The notes beneath the pieces are model-generated. The model did not search any database. It was given only the letters and a program-made list of their open reading frames with translations, and was not told the origin of the DNA. A DNA stretch of 64,000 nt, from NCBI GenBank assembly GCA_004764695.1, contig SMSO01000014.1, positions 1,173,648 to 1,237,647 on the forward strand. The letters run 5' to 3'. This document shows, piece by piece, positions 23,847-35,490 of this stretch (the first letter of the stretch is position 1; each line of letters opens with the position of its first letter). Made by a program: the position numbers and the translations under genes. Source of the DNA: Schizochytrium sp. TIO01 (Eukaryota > Protista > Bigyra: Labyrinthulomycetes).

Positions 23847-24287
23847 ATGGAGAAGCGGGCAACGGCAATGACGAAGATGATCGCATCGACCTCAGCTCAG
23901 CAGTGCAAGTGGTGAGGGAGTGAGGTCTTGGGCTCTCCGCAGACAGAAATGAATGCCTGATTGATGGAACGAAGATAATGCTCGTGAACTTGAAGGAAGG
24001 AAGAGGAAGAAAGTCCCTAGTGTTGTCAGGTAGTACCTTCGTAGGCGCCTCGTAGGAAAAAGTTTTATGCTCTAAAAAGGTTTAAATATAAAAATAAAAT
24101 AAAACTTCTTATTATGACTAGTAAAGAGAATGAGAATGAATGAAAATGAGTGAACATCATCATCGATCAATCCTAAATATCGATCGATTGATCGCTCCTT
24201 GGCCGCAGCGAGCGCTCTTTCTTTCCTTTCCTTCTCTCGCGTTCTCGGACTTCGTTCCCTCGGCGCCTCTGCAGGCAGGCAGGAACC

Positions 24288-27200
24288 ATGATGGCCAGAC
24301 CGGTCCGCACGGGCCCTCGGCTCACCAAAAAGGCCCGTGAACGCAAGCATGAGGCGGAGAAGGCCGACAAGGCTTTGGGCGGTGCCACCATGAAGGAGGT
24401 TGAGGGCGAGGAGGCCACCAAGAAGACCCCGCACTGGTACGTGGAGCTCCAGTGGTTCCGACTTCTTCGTGGACAGGCCCGCCTCAACCAGATTGCACGT
24501 CTTCTCGTGGAGCTCGCGCCTAACAAGGTCTTCGACCCTCGCGAAATCTACTCTTCTCACCTCAAGGACGAGGCTGTCCACCAGATTCAGGACGGCGTTC
24601 AGGACGGCGACAACGAGGACAACAACGAGGGTGAAAGCGGTGCCACCAAGAAGAGTGCCGACAAGGCCAAGCCCAAGAAACTTAGCAAGGCAGAGCAGAT
24701 CCGTCTGCAGAACACTCTGAAGCGTCAGAAGGAGGCTGCAGCAAAGGATGCCGAGAAGTTGCGTACCCTTGGTACGCAGGCTGGCGCAAAGATTAAGCTG
24801 AAGACAGAGTCAGGTAAGCTTCTGTTGCTTCTGGGTATGTTGAAGCAGGCTGTGCGCGATAACCAGGTTGTGGATGTGTTGGACACCATGTGGGAGATCG
24901 AGGAGGTCTCAAAGGAGGTAGACGAAAAGGAGCGCAAGGCTGCTTTCAAACCGTATGCCGATGTGATCCGCCAGGCATCCGAGATTCGCAACTCGCGCGA
25001 GGCACTGGGTGGCGTAAACATTTACGACTTTCAGCTCACAGCTATGAGCGACCGCTTGCCGCCGCTCAACTTACACTCGCTCTCGGGCAAGTTTAAGCTT
25101 GATGACTGGCAGCTGCACGTCATTGACCTTATTAACCGTCGTAAGTCTGTGCTCATCACGGCCCCGACCTCATCTGGTAAGACCGTGCTCTCCACCTATG
25201 TCTGCACCACTGGCCTCAAGGTTCTCTTCACCGTTCCCTCTGAGCCGCTTGCCTGGCAGGTCGCTGCCATGCTGCGAGCACTCAAGGTTGATGTCGCTAT
25301 TCTCGTCCCCACACTCACCTACGTGCCTCTCAAGTGGACCGTTGTTGTCGGTACCCCGCACTCGCTCGAGAGTGGCCTTACGAAACAGGTTGGCTTCGAC
25401 TTTGACTATATGGTTGGTGATGAAATCCACTCGCTCAACAACCAGGACGGACCCGCTCTTCAGCGCATTATCCGTGCGATTCCCAAGACCTGTAAGGTTC
25501 TTGCTCTCTCGGCCACCATCGGTAACGCAGGTGAGCTCAGAAACTGGTGGGAAACCATCGTTGGCGAGAATGAGATTGAGCTCGTCGTGCACAAGTCTAG
25601 ATTTATCAACCTCCAGAGGTACGTCTGGGCCCAGGACTTCAGTGGAAACGAAAAGACTATTGAAGACGGCCAGGAGAACATCTCGGAGACAGGAGGTAAG
25701 CTGCAGCTGTTACATCCGGCATCAGTGCTTACGGTAGAGTACCTTGCAAGCGACGAGTACGCCTCAAGTGATTTGGCGTTCACGCCGGTAGACGCGTATG
25801 CGCTGTTCAAGGCAATGGACGCCCTGAGCAGCTCCTCTAGCGTGAATGTGGATGACCTCAAGCCCAAGTCTTTCTTTGCTAAGAATGGCGCTCAGCGCGT
25901 GACTCTCATGCAGGCCAAGGAGTACGAAGATGCTCTCAAAGAACGCCTCGTGCAGATCGCCAAGGAGGAGCCCGATATGTGCAGACTGCTGTTGGCTTCG
26001 CTCGCTCCTGGATCTAGTCTCAAGGCTATTAAGAAGACACGCAAGCCTCTTCTCAGCCAGCCCAAGGAAGAGCTCAACCGCCATGACCGCGAAACAGCGG
26101 CGCAGCTTATGGGAAGAGTTGAAGGAGCTCTCGAGTCCTCTTCTGTGAACACAAGCAACGCAGCCTTGACAGACCTTATGTTCGACTTGTACAAGTCGGA
26201 GCGTGCACCGGCCATCTGCTTCCAATTAGATAGTGTGCGTTGTCAGAGTATGTTCGACGGAATGCTCCGCGAGCTTGAAGAGCGCGAGCTCCGCAAACAC
26301 CCGAACTACAGACGCGACCTTGAAAGGAAGGCTAAGGGTCTTGAAAAGTTGCGCGAAAAGGCTGCCAAGAAGGGCGGCAAACGTGGCGGTGAGGAGGATG
26401 AGGCCGCAGAGGCGCAGGAGTTCGGAGAGACCGTGAACGAGGCAGTTGACATCAATGCACCGCACCCGGAGTTCGTGCTCACGCCGCCAGGACGTGGCAT
26501 GAGCGCTGTGGAGACACGAGATGTGGAGGACAAGCTCAGAGACGACCTCCCTCCGAGCGGAGACCTGCCTCACCCGCTGATTAGAGGTCTTCGCAGAGGT
26601 ATTGGAATGTACATCGAGGGTCTCAGCTCTGCATACCAGCGCCTTGTGCAGTCCATGGCTCAACAAGGTCGCCTTGGCGTTGTCTTCAGTGACGAGCTTC
26701 TCGCTTATGGTGTCAACATGCCGTTCAGGTCCGCCGTCTTCTTCGGAGACCCCGGTCCCGAATGGCTCACCCCGCTCCTTCACCAACAGATGGCTGGTCG
26801 TGCCGGTCGTCGTGGTCTCGATCGACAGGGTAACCTCATTTACTGCGGATTTGCACCCAGTCGTCTCAAGAGCTTGCTTCGAGGCCGCTTGCCAAGAGTC
26901 ACCGGCCGCTGGCCGCTGTACCCGACAATCCCTCTGCAGTTGGAGATGAACAAGAGATACGAGGTTGCAGGAGCACCGCTGACAGACGAGAAGATGCACG
27001 ATATCTGCTCAACGCCGCTCGCAGAGTGGCTCGAGAAGAAGACCGTGGACAACTACTACGGTGTCGCGGAGGACTGGATCAAGCAGCTCGGCATTCTCGA
27101 GCACCCGCCATCATCATACAACTACCTTATCCCCGAGCTCGTGTGGGAGCTGCGTAAGTTCCTTCCCGAATCTCTTGCTCTTGAGTACCTGCTTGAGCCC

Positions 27201-27833
27201 ATGGTGAAGAAGTACCGCGATATGGTCTACAACCAGTTTGACAAGGACGCAGACGTTGCTCACCAGACCAGTATGTTCTTGCTCTTCTGCCGCATTTGCG
27301 CTCGTGAACCGTATAAGGAGCTTACAGAGGCGGAGCTTGCTGCAAGTGGAGCCGATGAGGCAACAGCAGACGCTCTCAAGTGGGTACGCCCTCTGCCGTT
27401 CCCGCACGGCCAAGACGAGGAGTGGGATCGCTGGACGGAGATCATTAACGAAAGCCAGCACCGTATTACCAACAGCGACCTTCCGTACAAGGAACAGATG
27501 CTGTTGCCTGTGCCGCTCGACCAGCCGCTCGACAACATGGTATATGCATCATTTGTGCGCAACCAGATTGATCCGGCTTTGCCAACTCCTGTCCAGCACC
27601 ACCTTCGCGAACGCATTTGGATCGTGGGAGAGGTTCTGCGTATCACTTCGAACGTTTTGGGACGTTCGTCGGAACTTCAGCCTGTTCAGAACCTTATTCG
27701 TAAGGCCTTCGTCCGTATTCGGTACATTCTTGACGAATGTGCCACCCGCAACTGGAAAAAGTTCGACGAGGCCAGCCTCTCTGCTACCCCTGTGGCGGCT
27801 CAACCGCCCCAACCTGCTGCTGCCTCTCAGTAG
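24288..27833 (+). CDS. Ski2-family DExH RNA helicase, DDX60-like
   Basis: 1181 aa. LDDWQ (Q motif), APTSSGKT, DEIH, LSAT, LRRGIG, LAYGVNMPFRSAVF and QMAGRAGRRGLD. The APTSSGKT and GVNMP variants are those I associate with the DDX60 branch. Confidence 0.88.
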   Translation: MMARPVRTGPRLTKKARERKHEAEKADKALGGATMKEVEGEEATKKTPHWYVELQWFRLLRGQARLNQIARLLVELAPNKVFDPREIYSSHLKDEAVHQIQDGVQDGDNEDNNEGESGATKKSADKAKPKKLSKAEQIRLQNTLKRQKEAAAKDAEKLRTLGTQAGAKIKLKTESGKLLLLLGMLKQAVRDNQVVDVLDTMWEIEEVSKEVDEKERKAAFKPYADVIRQASEIRNSREALGGVNIYDFQLTAMSDRLPPLNLHSLSGKFKLDDWQLHVIDLINRRKSVLITAPTSSGKTVLSTYVCTTGLKVLFTVPSEPLAWQVAAMLRALKVDVAILVPTLTYVPLKWTVVVGTPHSLESGLTKQVGFDFDYMVGDEIHSLNNQDGPALQRIIRAIPKTCKVLALSATIGNAGELRNWWETIVGENEIELVVHKSRFINLQRYVWAQDFSGNEKTIEDGQENISETGGKLQLLHPASVLTVEYLASDEYASSDLAFTPVDAYALFKAMDALSSSSSVNVDDLKPKSFFAKNGAQRVTLMQAKEYEDALKERLVQIAKEEPDMCRLLLASLAPGSSLKAIKKTRKPLLSQPKEELNRHDRETAAQLMGRVEGALESSSVNTSNAALTDLMFDLYKSERAPAICFQLDSVRCQSMFDGMLRELEERELRKHPNYRRDLERKAKGLEKLREKAAKKGGKRGGEEDEAAEAQEFGETVNEAVDINAPHPEFVLTPPGRGMSAVETRDVEDKLRDDLPPSGDLPHPLIRGLRRGIGMYIEGLSSAYQRLVQSMAQQGRLGVVFSDELLAYGVNMPFRSAVFFGDPGPEWLTPLLHQQMAGRAGRRGLDRQGNLIYCGFAPSRLKSLLRGRLPRVTGRWPLYPTIPLQLEMNKRYEVAGAPLTDEKMHDICSTPLAEWLEKKTVDNYYGVAEDWIKQLGILEHPPSSYNYLIPELVWELRKFLPESLALEYLLEPMVKKYRDMVYNQFDKDADVAHQTSMFLLFCRICAREPYKELTEAELAASGADEATADALKWVRPLPFPHGQDEEWDRWTEIINESQHRITNSDLPYKEQMLLPVPLDQPLDNMVYASFVRNQIDPALPTPVQHHLRERIWIVGEVLRITSNVLGRSSELQPVQNLIRKAFVRIRYILDECATRNWKKFDEASLSATPVAAQPPQPAAASQ

Positions 27834-29307
27834 ACGATATAGAACAAGCTAAATTACATATTCCTTCGTGGCTTGTTGTAAACCTGGTCTGAAAGGGGAC
27901 TCTCTCGTTACCCTTTCTCTCTCTCTATTTCTCATTCTAAATACTATCAATTAAAAAACCTATAAAATAAAGCACTCATCACGTTTTACAACCTCGACTA
28001 TCTATACATGTTTACTTGTCATATGATGCATCAGGATAATTTTATCTTACCAACTTAAATTGGTCGTTTACTCCCCTTTTCTAGTACGATCTGTTTCCAC
28101 TGTTTCCTGAAGAGATTGGTTAATTAAGGTCCCGTCAATTTATTCATCTGATTCCCACTCTCCACATGAATAATACTACATATGTACTTTGTAGTGTTGG
28201 TGCATGTTTCAGCTAATCTTCGGGACTAACTTGAACGGGTTTTAGCAAGTTTCGTCACTCAAAAGAGATAGTCGAAATGTTCCTCTCAGACAGTACATGT
28301 ACTTTTAACATGGATTTTAGTCTTTTCAAGTTATCGATATCCCAATATCTATCAAGATTGTAATAATCAAGTATCTGTAACAAGGCTATTTTGCATAACG
28401 ACAACTAAGTACAACCATAATTTAATGCTGGCACTTTTATTGAAAGCTTTGTGTCTCCACTGAACCAAATAAAAGATTCTACCTAAATACCAGGCCGCCG
28501 ACTTCACATTATGAGTGCAGTACCAAATGTTTGGACTACCACATGAATTTAACAAGAACCTTGGACTTCCCCCCTTGTCATGAAACGCAAGACCCCTGTG
28601 GCTCTACTCTTTCTTTTTGGATGGCCTCTCTTCCATCACTGTTGCCAGCTCATCCTCATAGTACTTACTACCTAACTGCCATACTACAATAGTATAAAAA
28701 CAACCAAAGAACAAGTTGACCAAAGAACAAGTTATAGTACTGTCAGTACTTCCTGCTCTCACCAATGATGTCGGAGTGCAGAAACAAATCGGTTGTAGGT
28801 ACATAACTCTCGCTAAAAGGCTCCGTGCGACCTTGAACAAAACTATACTGGTAGGCTTGATAGATGCCTTATTAGCATGTTGCGAATACAGTGGTAACGA
28901 TGATGGTGACCAATTTGATGAAATGAGAAATGTTATCTTTTCAATTTGCACTTCTAGCAATACTGTTAGTAATTTATCATAGATGTAGGTAATTTGCACA
29001 AAAGTAATTTGCGGTGCTTGGCGAGGAACCTTATAGTAGAACAAATTTAAATAAACTAGAATATAGCTCAGGAATATAGTAGATAAGAATCGGATAACCC
29101 ACTTGCGCTTGTACGCGCAATCATTAGTGATGCATCAGTGATGATGATGCAGTTAGTTTGTTGCTTCACGTTATACAAGTAGGTAGGGTAGCCCCCAACA
29201 ACCAACATAAACCCAAAAACGCACGCCCTCGATAGTTGAAGCACAGAGCAATTCGCGAAGATCTTGCAGTGAAGACAGGTTTAGTTCACAAATAGCTCAA
29301 CTTCGAG

Positions 29308-29949
29308 ATGGCTGAAGCAAAAGCTGAGACCCAGGCCCCCGTGCCGGAGCCGCAAGATGCTGCCAAGGTTGCCGATGGTGTAAAGATGTTCTCACGTGAG
29401 GAAGTCTCAAAGCACAACACTGAGGAGGACCTCTACATTATTATCCAGGGCAAGGTCTACAGCGTGGCCAAGTACCTCGACAACCACCCCGGAGGCCCTG
29501 AGATTATTGCCGATGTAGCTGGCCAGGATGCCACCGACGAGTTTCTCGACACCGGACGTAAGTTAAACACACATATTTCGAGACTTTAATCTGTAGAACT
29601 TCTTCTTGAAGATTATTATTCTCAGTACAAGTTGATTTTCAACCACCAGCACGGATATACGTATGCATGATTTATGCTGTTAACTAACACCTCATCCTCA
29701 ACTGCATACTCGCTATTAACAATACTCGTCTGCGTTGCGTTCTGGTTGCAAATTGAAAAACACACACACGTTATAGACACCGCTGAGGCAAGAGAAGAGC
29801 TGAAGAAGTACTACATCGGCGAGGTCGAGGGTGGTGATCTTACTCGCACCTCCGATTCCAGGTCTAGCGAAGGCCCGAGTATGCTTATGATGATTGCTGT
29901 GCTCGCTATTCTCTTTGCCATTTTCGTGGCCATGAAGTTCCAAAGCTAA
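29308..29949 (+). CDS. CYB5: Cytochrome b5, tail-anchored; exons 29308-29557 and 29777-29949 (140 aa)
   Basis: HPGG heme motif. Splicing restores DATDEFLDTGHTAEAREELKKYYIGEV with the second His ligand. C-terminal hydrophobic anchor. Confidence 0.96.
29558..29776 (+). other. Spliceosomal intron (219 nt, phase 1) in cytochrome b5
   Basis: GTAAGT donor at 29558 and TTATAG acceptor ending 29776. Removal rebuilds the His codon C|AC and keeps frame. Confidence 0.93.
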
Positions 29950-30947
29950 GTCCTTCCTCAAAACTTATTCCTGTCCCGGCTTCTCCACCTCTGCAAAATT
30001 TCGCACACGTACACATTTCTCGCACATCTTCCAACCTATACTATCCAGGTGCAACTCACCGCGCCCTTCGATCTTCCCACATAAAGTTGAGTGATCAATC
30101 TACACCCTTGTTTACGCTTATATTCACACTTGCTGAGCCTAGCTTTGACCCCTTTTTTCTTCGCTTTATTTGGCACAATAATTCAAATATTTCTACTACG
30201 ACAGCTAAAGGATATATTCATACCTGATTGTTTTCATCTTTCTGAAAGCATCTATGTCGTGTCGAATATGCATTACAAATTTACATCTAAGCACTAAGAG
30301 AGCGTTTAGCTCTTCTTGACCTGACCATTACGGTCTAGGTATTGTCTTTCAGACAATGCATCACCACAAACTCAGAAGAAAATCTTGTAGAATCGCTTCG
30401 ATGGCTCGCAAAGAATGGTTAGTCTGTATCAATCAACCATTTCTAATATGATTACATGTTACAAATAATCTTGCAGGTCTAATTTTGAATTATAGCTATG
30501 CACCCAAAAATCTTTAATCATGAAGATACCAAGGGGAGTTCGCTATTTGAAAATGAACAAAGGTTACTTCTGGTCTTTGTCAAGCTGATCTGAAAATCAT
30601 TTCATATTTGAAACCATGACAGAGAATGTAACCTTTTTACCTTGCTCCTTTTCTAAGCATACAAATTTCGATCACATAATTTGTGAGAAGCTATAATCGA
30701 GAGCTTTCGATTAAAAAGAACAAACAAAAAAATATGCTTGTTAAATTGTTTTGAGCTTCTTTTCTATCTCTCTCAAGCTAGACTTTCCAAGAAAGATTTC
30801 AAAAGAACTTGAAGAAGGCCTCTTTTTCTTTTTTCTTTTGACTGATTAAAACTTTAAAAATATAATAATAAAATTAAATTCCTTTAAGATTCTACTTTTC
30901 TATTGGGCATGTTGCAAACCAAATTCTCTATACTCCCACCCCTCCCG

Positions 30948-31742
30948 ATGCAGCGCCCGAACTCAGCGACAGCAGGCGGGGCTGCAGTTGCATATGCTCA
31001 GGCTGAACATGCCCTGCACGATGTTGTTCGCCGTCTTGAAATAGCCCTCGAGAGCGCAACTCTTCCCGATGGTGCTTCTGCACAGTCAAAAAGTAGCCTT
31101 AGCCAATCCAACAAGAGCACTGTCGAAGGAGCTATCACTCAGGCAGCATGGGCTTTAAACAAATTAGATGCAGCAATCGAGGCTGCCAAAGTAGCTGCTG
31201 AAGAGGATGATCTTCCACAGACTATGCGAGAGTACCTTGGTAAGCTGCATATATTAAAGAATAAAGCACAAGAGGAAAGACGAAAACTTGCGCAGGTTCG
31301 ACGTGCTGGAGTTCTTGCACAGGAACAACGCAGAAATGAAGAACGCACAGCATTGCTCGCGAGATCTAGTGCTAGTGCATCAGTGGATATTGGGGGCGCT
31401 AATAACACAAGACGTCAAATGCTCGAACAAGCAAGTCTGTTGGATGTCTCCAAGGATGTCACAGCGTCACTACGGAGGACTCGTGACATGGTGATGCGAG
31501 AAGTGCAGCGACTAACTGAAACAGAGAAGGTGATTGAGAGTGATGCTCAAAAGATTCAATCAACGTATCAGGAATACGATTCGTACTCCTCTGCAGCAGG
31601 CCGCTCCGATGCTGCCTTGAAAGAGTTACAGCACCAGGAAAGGTTAGATAAAATTGCTATTGCCTCTGGATTTTCGTGCTTTCTATTAGTTGTCCTCTAC
31701 ATTGTGTGGAAACGAACCATTGGCTGGTTCTGGCCCTTTTGA
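30948..31742 (+). CDS. SEC20: Sec20/BNIP1-like ER SNARE
   Basis: Helical N-terminus, DVTASLRRTRDMVMREVQR SNARE motif, DK then a C-terminal TM helix ending WKR. Start is ATG 30948 or 30909. Confidence 0.8.
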   Translation: MQRPNSATAGGAAVAYAQAEHALHDVVRRLEIALESATLPDGASAQSKSSLSQSNKSTVEGAITQAAWALNKLDAAIEAAKVAAEEDDLPQTMREYLGKLHILKNKAQEERRKLAQVRRAGVLAQEQRRNEERTALLARSSASASVDIGGANNTRRQMLEQASLLDVSKDVTASLRRTRDMVMREVQRLTETEKVIESDAQKIQSTYQEYDSYSSAAGRSDAALKELQHQERLDKIAIASGFSCFLLVVLYIVWKRTIGWFWPF

Positions 31743-32585
31743 TCAGATCTACTTTGGGCCTGTGTCTTTCCGAGCCTAATATTCTAATAAGCTTGCACAG
31801 CCTGTATTTATACAAATCCTTTAGGATCACCTTACAAAGATGAATATGTAATACATGCAGAGCAACATCACTATTATTAATTTAATTAAGAGTAGGTTGA
31901 GTGCTACACGTGGAGCAATAGGCGTTTACTATAACCATCACTGGTTTACGCTCTGCTCCTTACTTCGAAGAAATGAGAAGGGACATGAAGCAGATTTTGC
32001 ACAAATATAAGTTACTTTTCTGTCATTGATTTAACAGTTTCATATAGATGACGATACGCATGCCTGATTAAGTATCATCTTGTTATGCACTTCCCCAAGT
32101 CGGCTATGATAATTTTAGAATTAAAGTTCCATGTTTTTCTCGAAGTCCTTAAAAGTCATTCCTAATAGCATTTTTTTTAATCCTCTGTTAGTAATATTGG
32201 TCTAGTTTTCCTAAACCCATATTCAGTCTTTCTCTACTTTCATGCTGTCCTTTACCTTCTGTATACCTTGTAACTTGTTTTCTTTGCTGGACTCATCAGC
32301 TGCCAGTTGTAGTGTTTTGAAATAAAATATTCATTTTTCAATTTAAAATTCGTTATAGAATTTTAATTGATTTTTTTTATTTTTGATTAGGATTAGTAGT
32401 AGGTGCACCTGATAGAAAATAGTTAAAACTATACCTACATATATGGGCCAATATAAAATCAAAAGAGAAGCAGAAGAAATGAGCCCACCGGACAAATAAC
32501 ACAATCAGCCCTTATCATAAGCAGCAAAAACATGACTGCAATTTCCATCGCTGGGTGAACCCCAACTGCTGCAGGGCTTTGAACA

Positions 32586-33620
32586 ATGAACACAACGCTG
32601 GGCGAATTCCCAGGCCAAAAGCTTGCTGCAGAAGTTGAAGCTGCGATAAAGCAGAGGAGCTTCCCGTTCAACCTTTCCCCGGAAGATGCTCTACAAGCCT
32701 TGGCAGCTTCAAAAGACGACTCTGCAAAGAAGACCGCACAAGTCAATGATGAAATCCAACGTGATTTAACTCTATGGATCTCTCGAACTCAAGAGAGTAA
32801 AACCTCGGCATCTAGAACAGTGGAACAGATGTTTTCGGAAAGGGTTCATGTACTTGAAAAGATCCTCAAGCGTCTAGCGATCAGATTTAGCAGACTGCAA
32901 GCCCAAAACGTTAGTGCAAACATGCTTAACTCCAGTTGGCTTGCCAATCTTCATGGGGTATATGCATTAAATTGCGCTGTCAACAGCCAACCGTCGCGTA
33001 CATGCGCTTGGGAGGAGGCCGTGAGCGTCTATGCGTACCGAATTTTACCATCACTTGGAGCAGGGCCTTTAACTCAGGCGCTTTACATGCATCCCCTGAA
33101 AACCCCAGCGGCAACTTTATCACTGAGAATATATGCGGCCAAGCTTGCTAAGATTTCTGGTGAAAAAACCATCACAGCACTTGAAGACCCGACTGGGCAT
33201 GCCGGGGCCCTAACAGAACACATTATCAATGAAATAAATGAGGTGTCAAGGCAGCAGAATACGCCTGAAGTACCCATAAATCAAGCAAAGGGCAATTCTA
33301 AACAAGCTCTACTCGGTCTAGCTTTTGAGTTATCGCTTGGGGGTAATCTTGACAGTATTATACCTGCAAAGTTAGATCCCGAGGTCATGAAGGTCTTGGT
33401 AGATACAATAGCCACCCAGGCCTCTTTATCAACTCGTGCTCATCTTGGGCTTGCGACACATGCACTTTTGCATCAAAGATCAAAGGAAGAAAGCGCACAA
33501 CGTCATGCGACACTAATTCGTGCTGCTCAAGACCTAGATAACGACATTAAGGTTTCACGACAAGGGCTTCTCGAAGCTATTGCATGGGTTTCCGACAAAA
33601 TAGACCCTCGCTCTACCTAA
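32586..33620 (+). CDS. Hypothetical protein (344 aa, Ala/Leu-rich, probably alpha-helical)
   Basis: Long ATG-initiated ORF with coding-like composition between AT-rich spacers. No motif recognised. Confidence 0.7.
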   Translation: MNTTLGEFPGQKLAAEVEAAIKQRSFPFNLSPEDALQALAASKDDSAKKTAQVNDEIQRDLTLWISRTQESKTSASRTVEQMFSERVHVLEKILKRLAIRFSRLQAQNVSANMLNSSWLANLHGVYALNCAVNSQPSRTCAWEEAVSVYAYRILPSLGAGPLTQALYMHPLKTPAATLSLRIYAAKLAKISGEKTITALEDPTGHAGALTEHIINEINEVSRQQNTPEVPINQAKGNSKQALLGLAFELSLGGNLDSIIPAKLDPEVMKVLVDTIATQASLSTRAHLGLATHALLHQRSKEESAQRHATLIRAAQDLDNDIKVSRQGLLEAIAWVSDKIDPRST

Positions 33621-34064
33621 AGTAGATGCGCCACAACGACGACCTGGAGCTGCTTTTAAATGAATACCATAACATCTCACTAGACTCTGTATATTTACAT
33701 GTCAATAGCAGGCTATCTACGGATAAAATAAAAGATTTATTTTATTAATAAAATACATCTCTAAAATGTAAGACAGTTAAATAAAAAGTCCAAACATGTC
33801 AACCACTTTGTACTTTAAAAGGTCGGGATAGCATTTTCTATTATTTATGCAACAAGGCAAGCCTTGACATAATATAGAAAGTTATTTGTTCTTACAAATC
33901 TCACAACCTTTGCGTCAAAAAAATAACAAAAAAATGTGGCCAAAAATACCGTGAGGTTTGGCTATCTTCGGATGAAAGACTTAGAACAGCGAAGCCGTCA
34001 TACACATCTAACTTAAATTCTGAAAGGTTCTGCTAATTCCCTTTTTATCAATGGAGGAATAAAT

Positions 34065-34484
34065 TTACATTTGATCCCCTAGTGTAGGTAAAGCTTCTCC
34101 TGGTGGTGGAGTGCGTTTACGATCTTTGATATAATTCCGCTTGAAAGCGGCCTTGAGCCTTCTAGCATGAGCAGCTTTTAGTTCTGCCTGAACGTCCATT
34201 TCATCTGGCAAATGGATGAAGCGAATGCGACTTCCGAGAAGCATCACCATCTCCATATCTGTGCCTTTTTGGCCTCGTCGAGGACCCTCGAGCCAGGTCT
34301 GCGACGCCTTGCCCAGGACCACAGACATGTCGCTGAGGTCCACAGCATCCAGAACTCCACAAACCTCAAGATCGTTTTTAAGCTCAACACGAACCCTTTC
34401 ACCCTCTAAACTTTGCAAGAGCGACGCCAAAGACTTCCATCGTCTCTTTTGAGGCGAAGAATCAGCTTCCCGAGTGTTCTGCAT
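34065..34484 (-). CDS. LSM10: Sm-like protein, LSm10-like (U7 snRNP)
   Basis: SLASLLQSLEGERVRVELKNDLEVCGVLDAVD (Sm1) and LLGSRIRFIHLPDEMD (Sm2). First in-frame ATG is 34484. SmD1/LSm2-related fold without an RG tail. Confidence 0.7.
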   Translation of the reverse strand: MQNTREADSSPQKRRWKSLASLLQSLEGERVRVELKNDLEVCGVLDAVDLSDMSVVLGKASQTWLEGPRRGQKGTDMEMVMLLGSRIRFIHLPDEMDVQAELKAAHARRLKAAFKRNYIKDRKRTPPPGEALPTLGDQM

Positions 34485-35490
34485 CACCTTCGCGTGTGGC
34501 GTCCTCGTTGCAGTTGTTGTTGATTGTGCCAATCTTTGCTTGCTCTCGTATAATGCTCCAGGGACCTAGCTAGTATGTTCTCTTCATGAAGATATATACG
34601 CCTTGAGTCTTTCTTTACTCAAGAAGGATAAGTGCTAACTTACCCAAAAAACCATTCTCACCTCACTTCCCACTTTGCAAAAGCCTCTCGAGCCCTCCAC
34701 TACCGCTCCTCAGCTACGTACCCTGTAGTACCTGCTAGTACGTCCTTGTGGCTTTGTTTGATCTATAGCACTATTTCTCTCTACTACTACTCCGTCAAAA
34801 TTGTTAAAAACGCGGGTCATGACTAACACGCCATCTACCACTTTCTATAGCACTGCACCTCGCCTTGCTCTCCTCCTTACCTCCAGTAAAGCGAGTTCGT
34901 GTGTAGGTAGTGCCTACGTAGCTTATATTATTAACCAGCATCGCTGTCTGTCTCGTTGTTTTCATAGTTTTGTTTTCTTTACTTGACATCAAAGTAGGTT
35001 TTAATCTTTCTTCTGTTGTTTTATTCACCCTTTCCTTTCCAGAGGAGGGGAGGGGGTCTAATATGCGGAGAGAAGAACTTTGTCGAGGAAGCCGCTTCTT
35101 ATGCCTACATTCTACCGTGCACAGACTGCAGGAACTGCATGCACGCACTCGTTTCAATCTTGCATTGCTTTGCATTGCTCTGCACGAGATGGTAGAAACC
35201 CTAGGCAAGGTGAATGGATACATTAAGAAAAGTCAGCGATTAATGAATAGGTAGGCACCACTGCTTCTTCTTTCTCGCCTGTCCTGTAAAAGCAGAGGCC
35301 TCTGGTTTACACATGGTTTGTTCAATACAGAAGAACCTACCTACTGCTGTACGTAGGAGTAGGTAGGTAGGGAGGTAAGTGAGAAGTGAATGCATTTTGG
35401 CTCTCCGTGTAACAATTTTGGCTCCTCGTCCCGTGGCAAATCCACTTCGAGTTCGCGCTAAGCAGCACCTCTGAAGACAATTCACAAAGG

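Noticed and set aside
24072-27852. Many overlapping and antisense ORFs (up to 257 aa) inside the helicase
   Set aside because: These are shadows of strong codon bias in the real CDS and show no independent motifs. The same applies to antisense ORFs in the other long genes.
28367-29044. Short ORFs on both strands as a transposon relic
   Set aside because: No recognisable transposase or reverse transcriptase motif, terminal repeats or target-site duplication.
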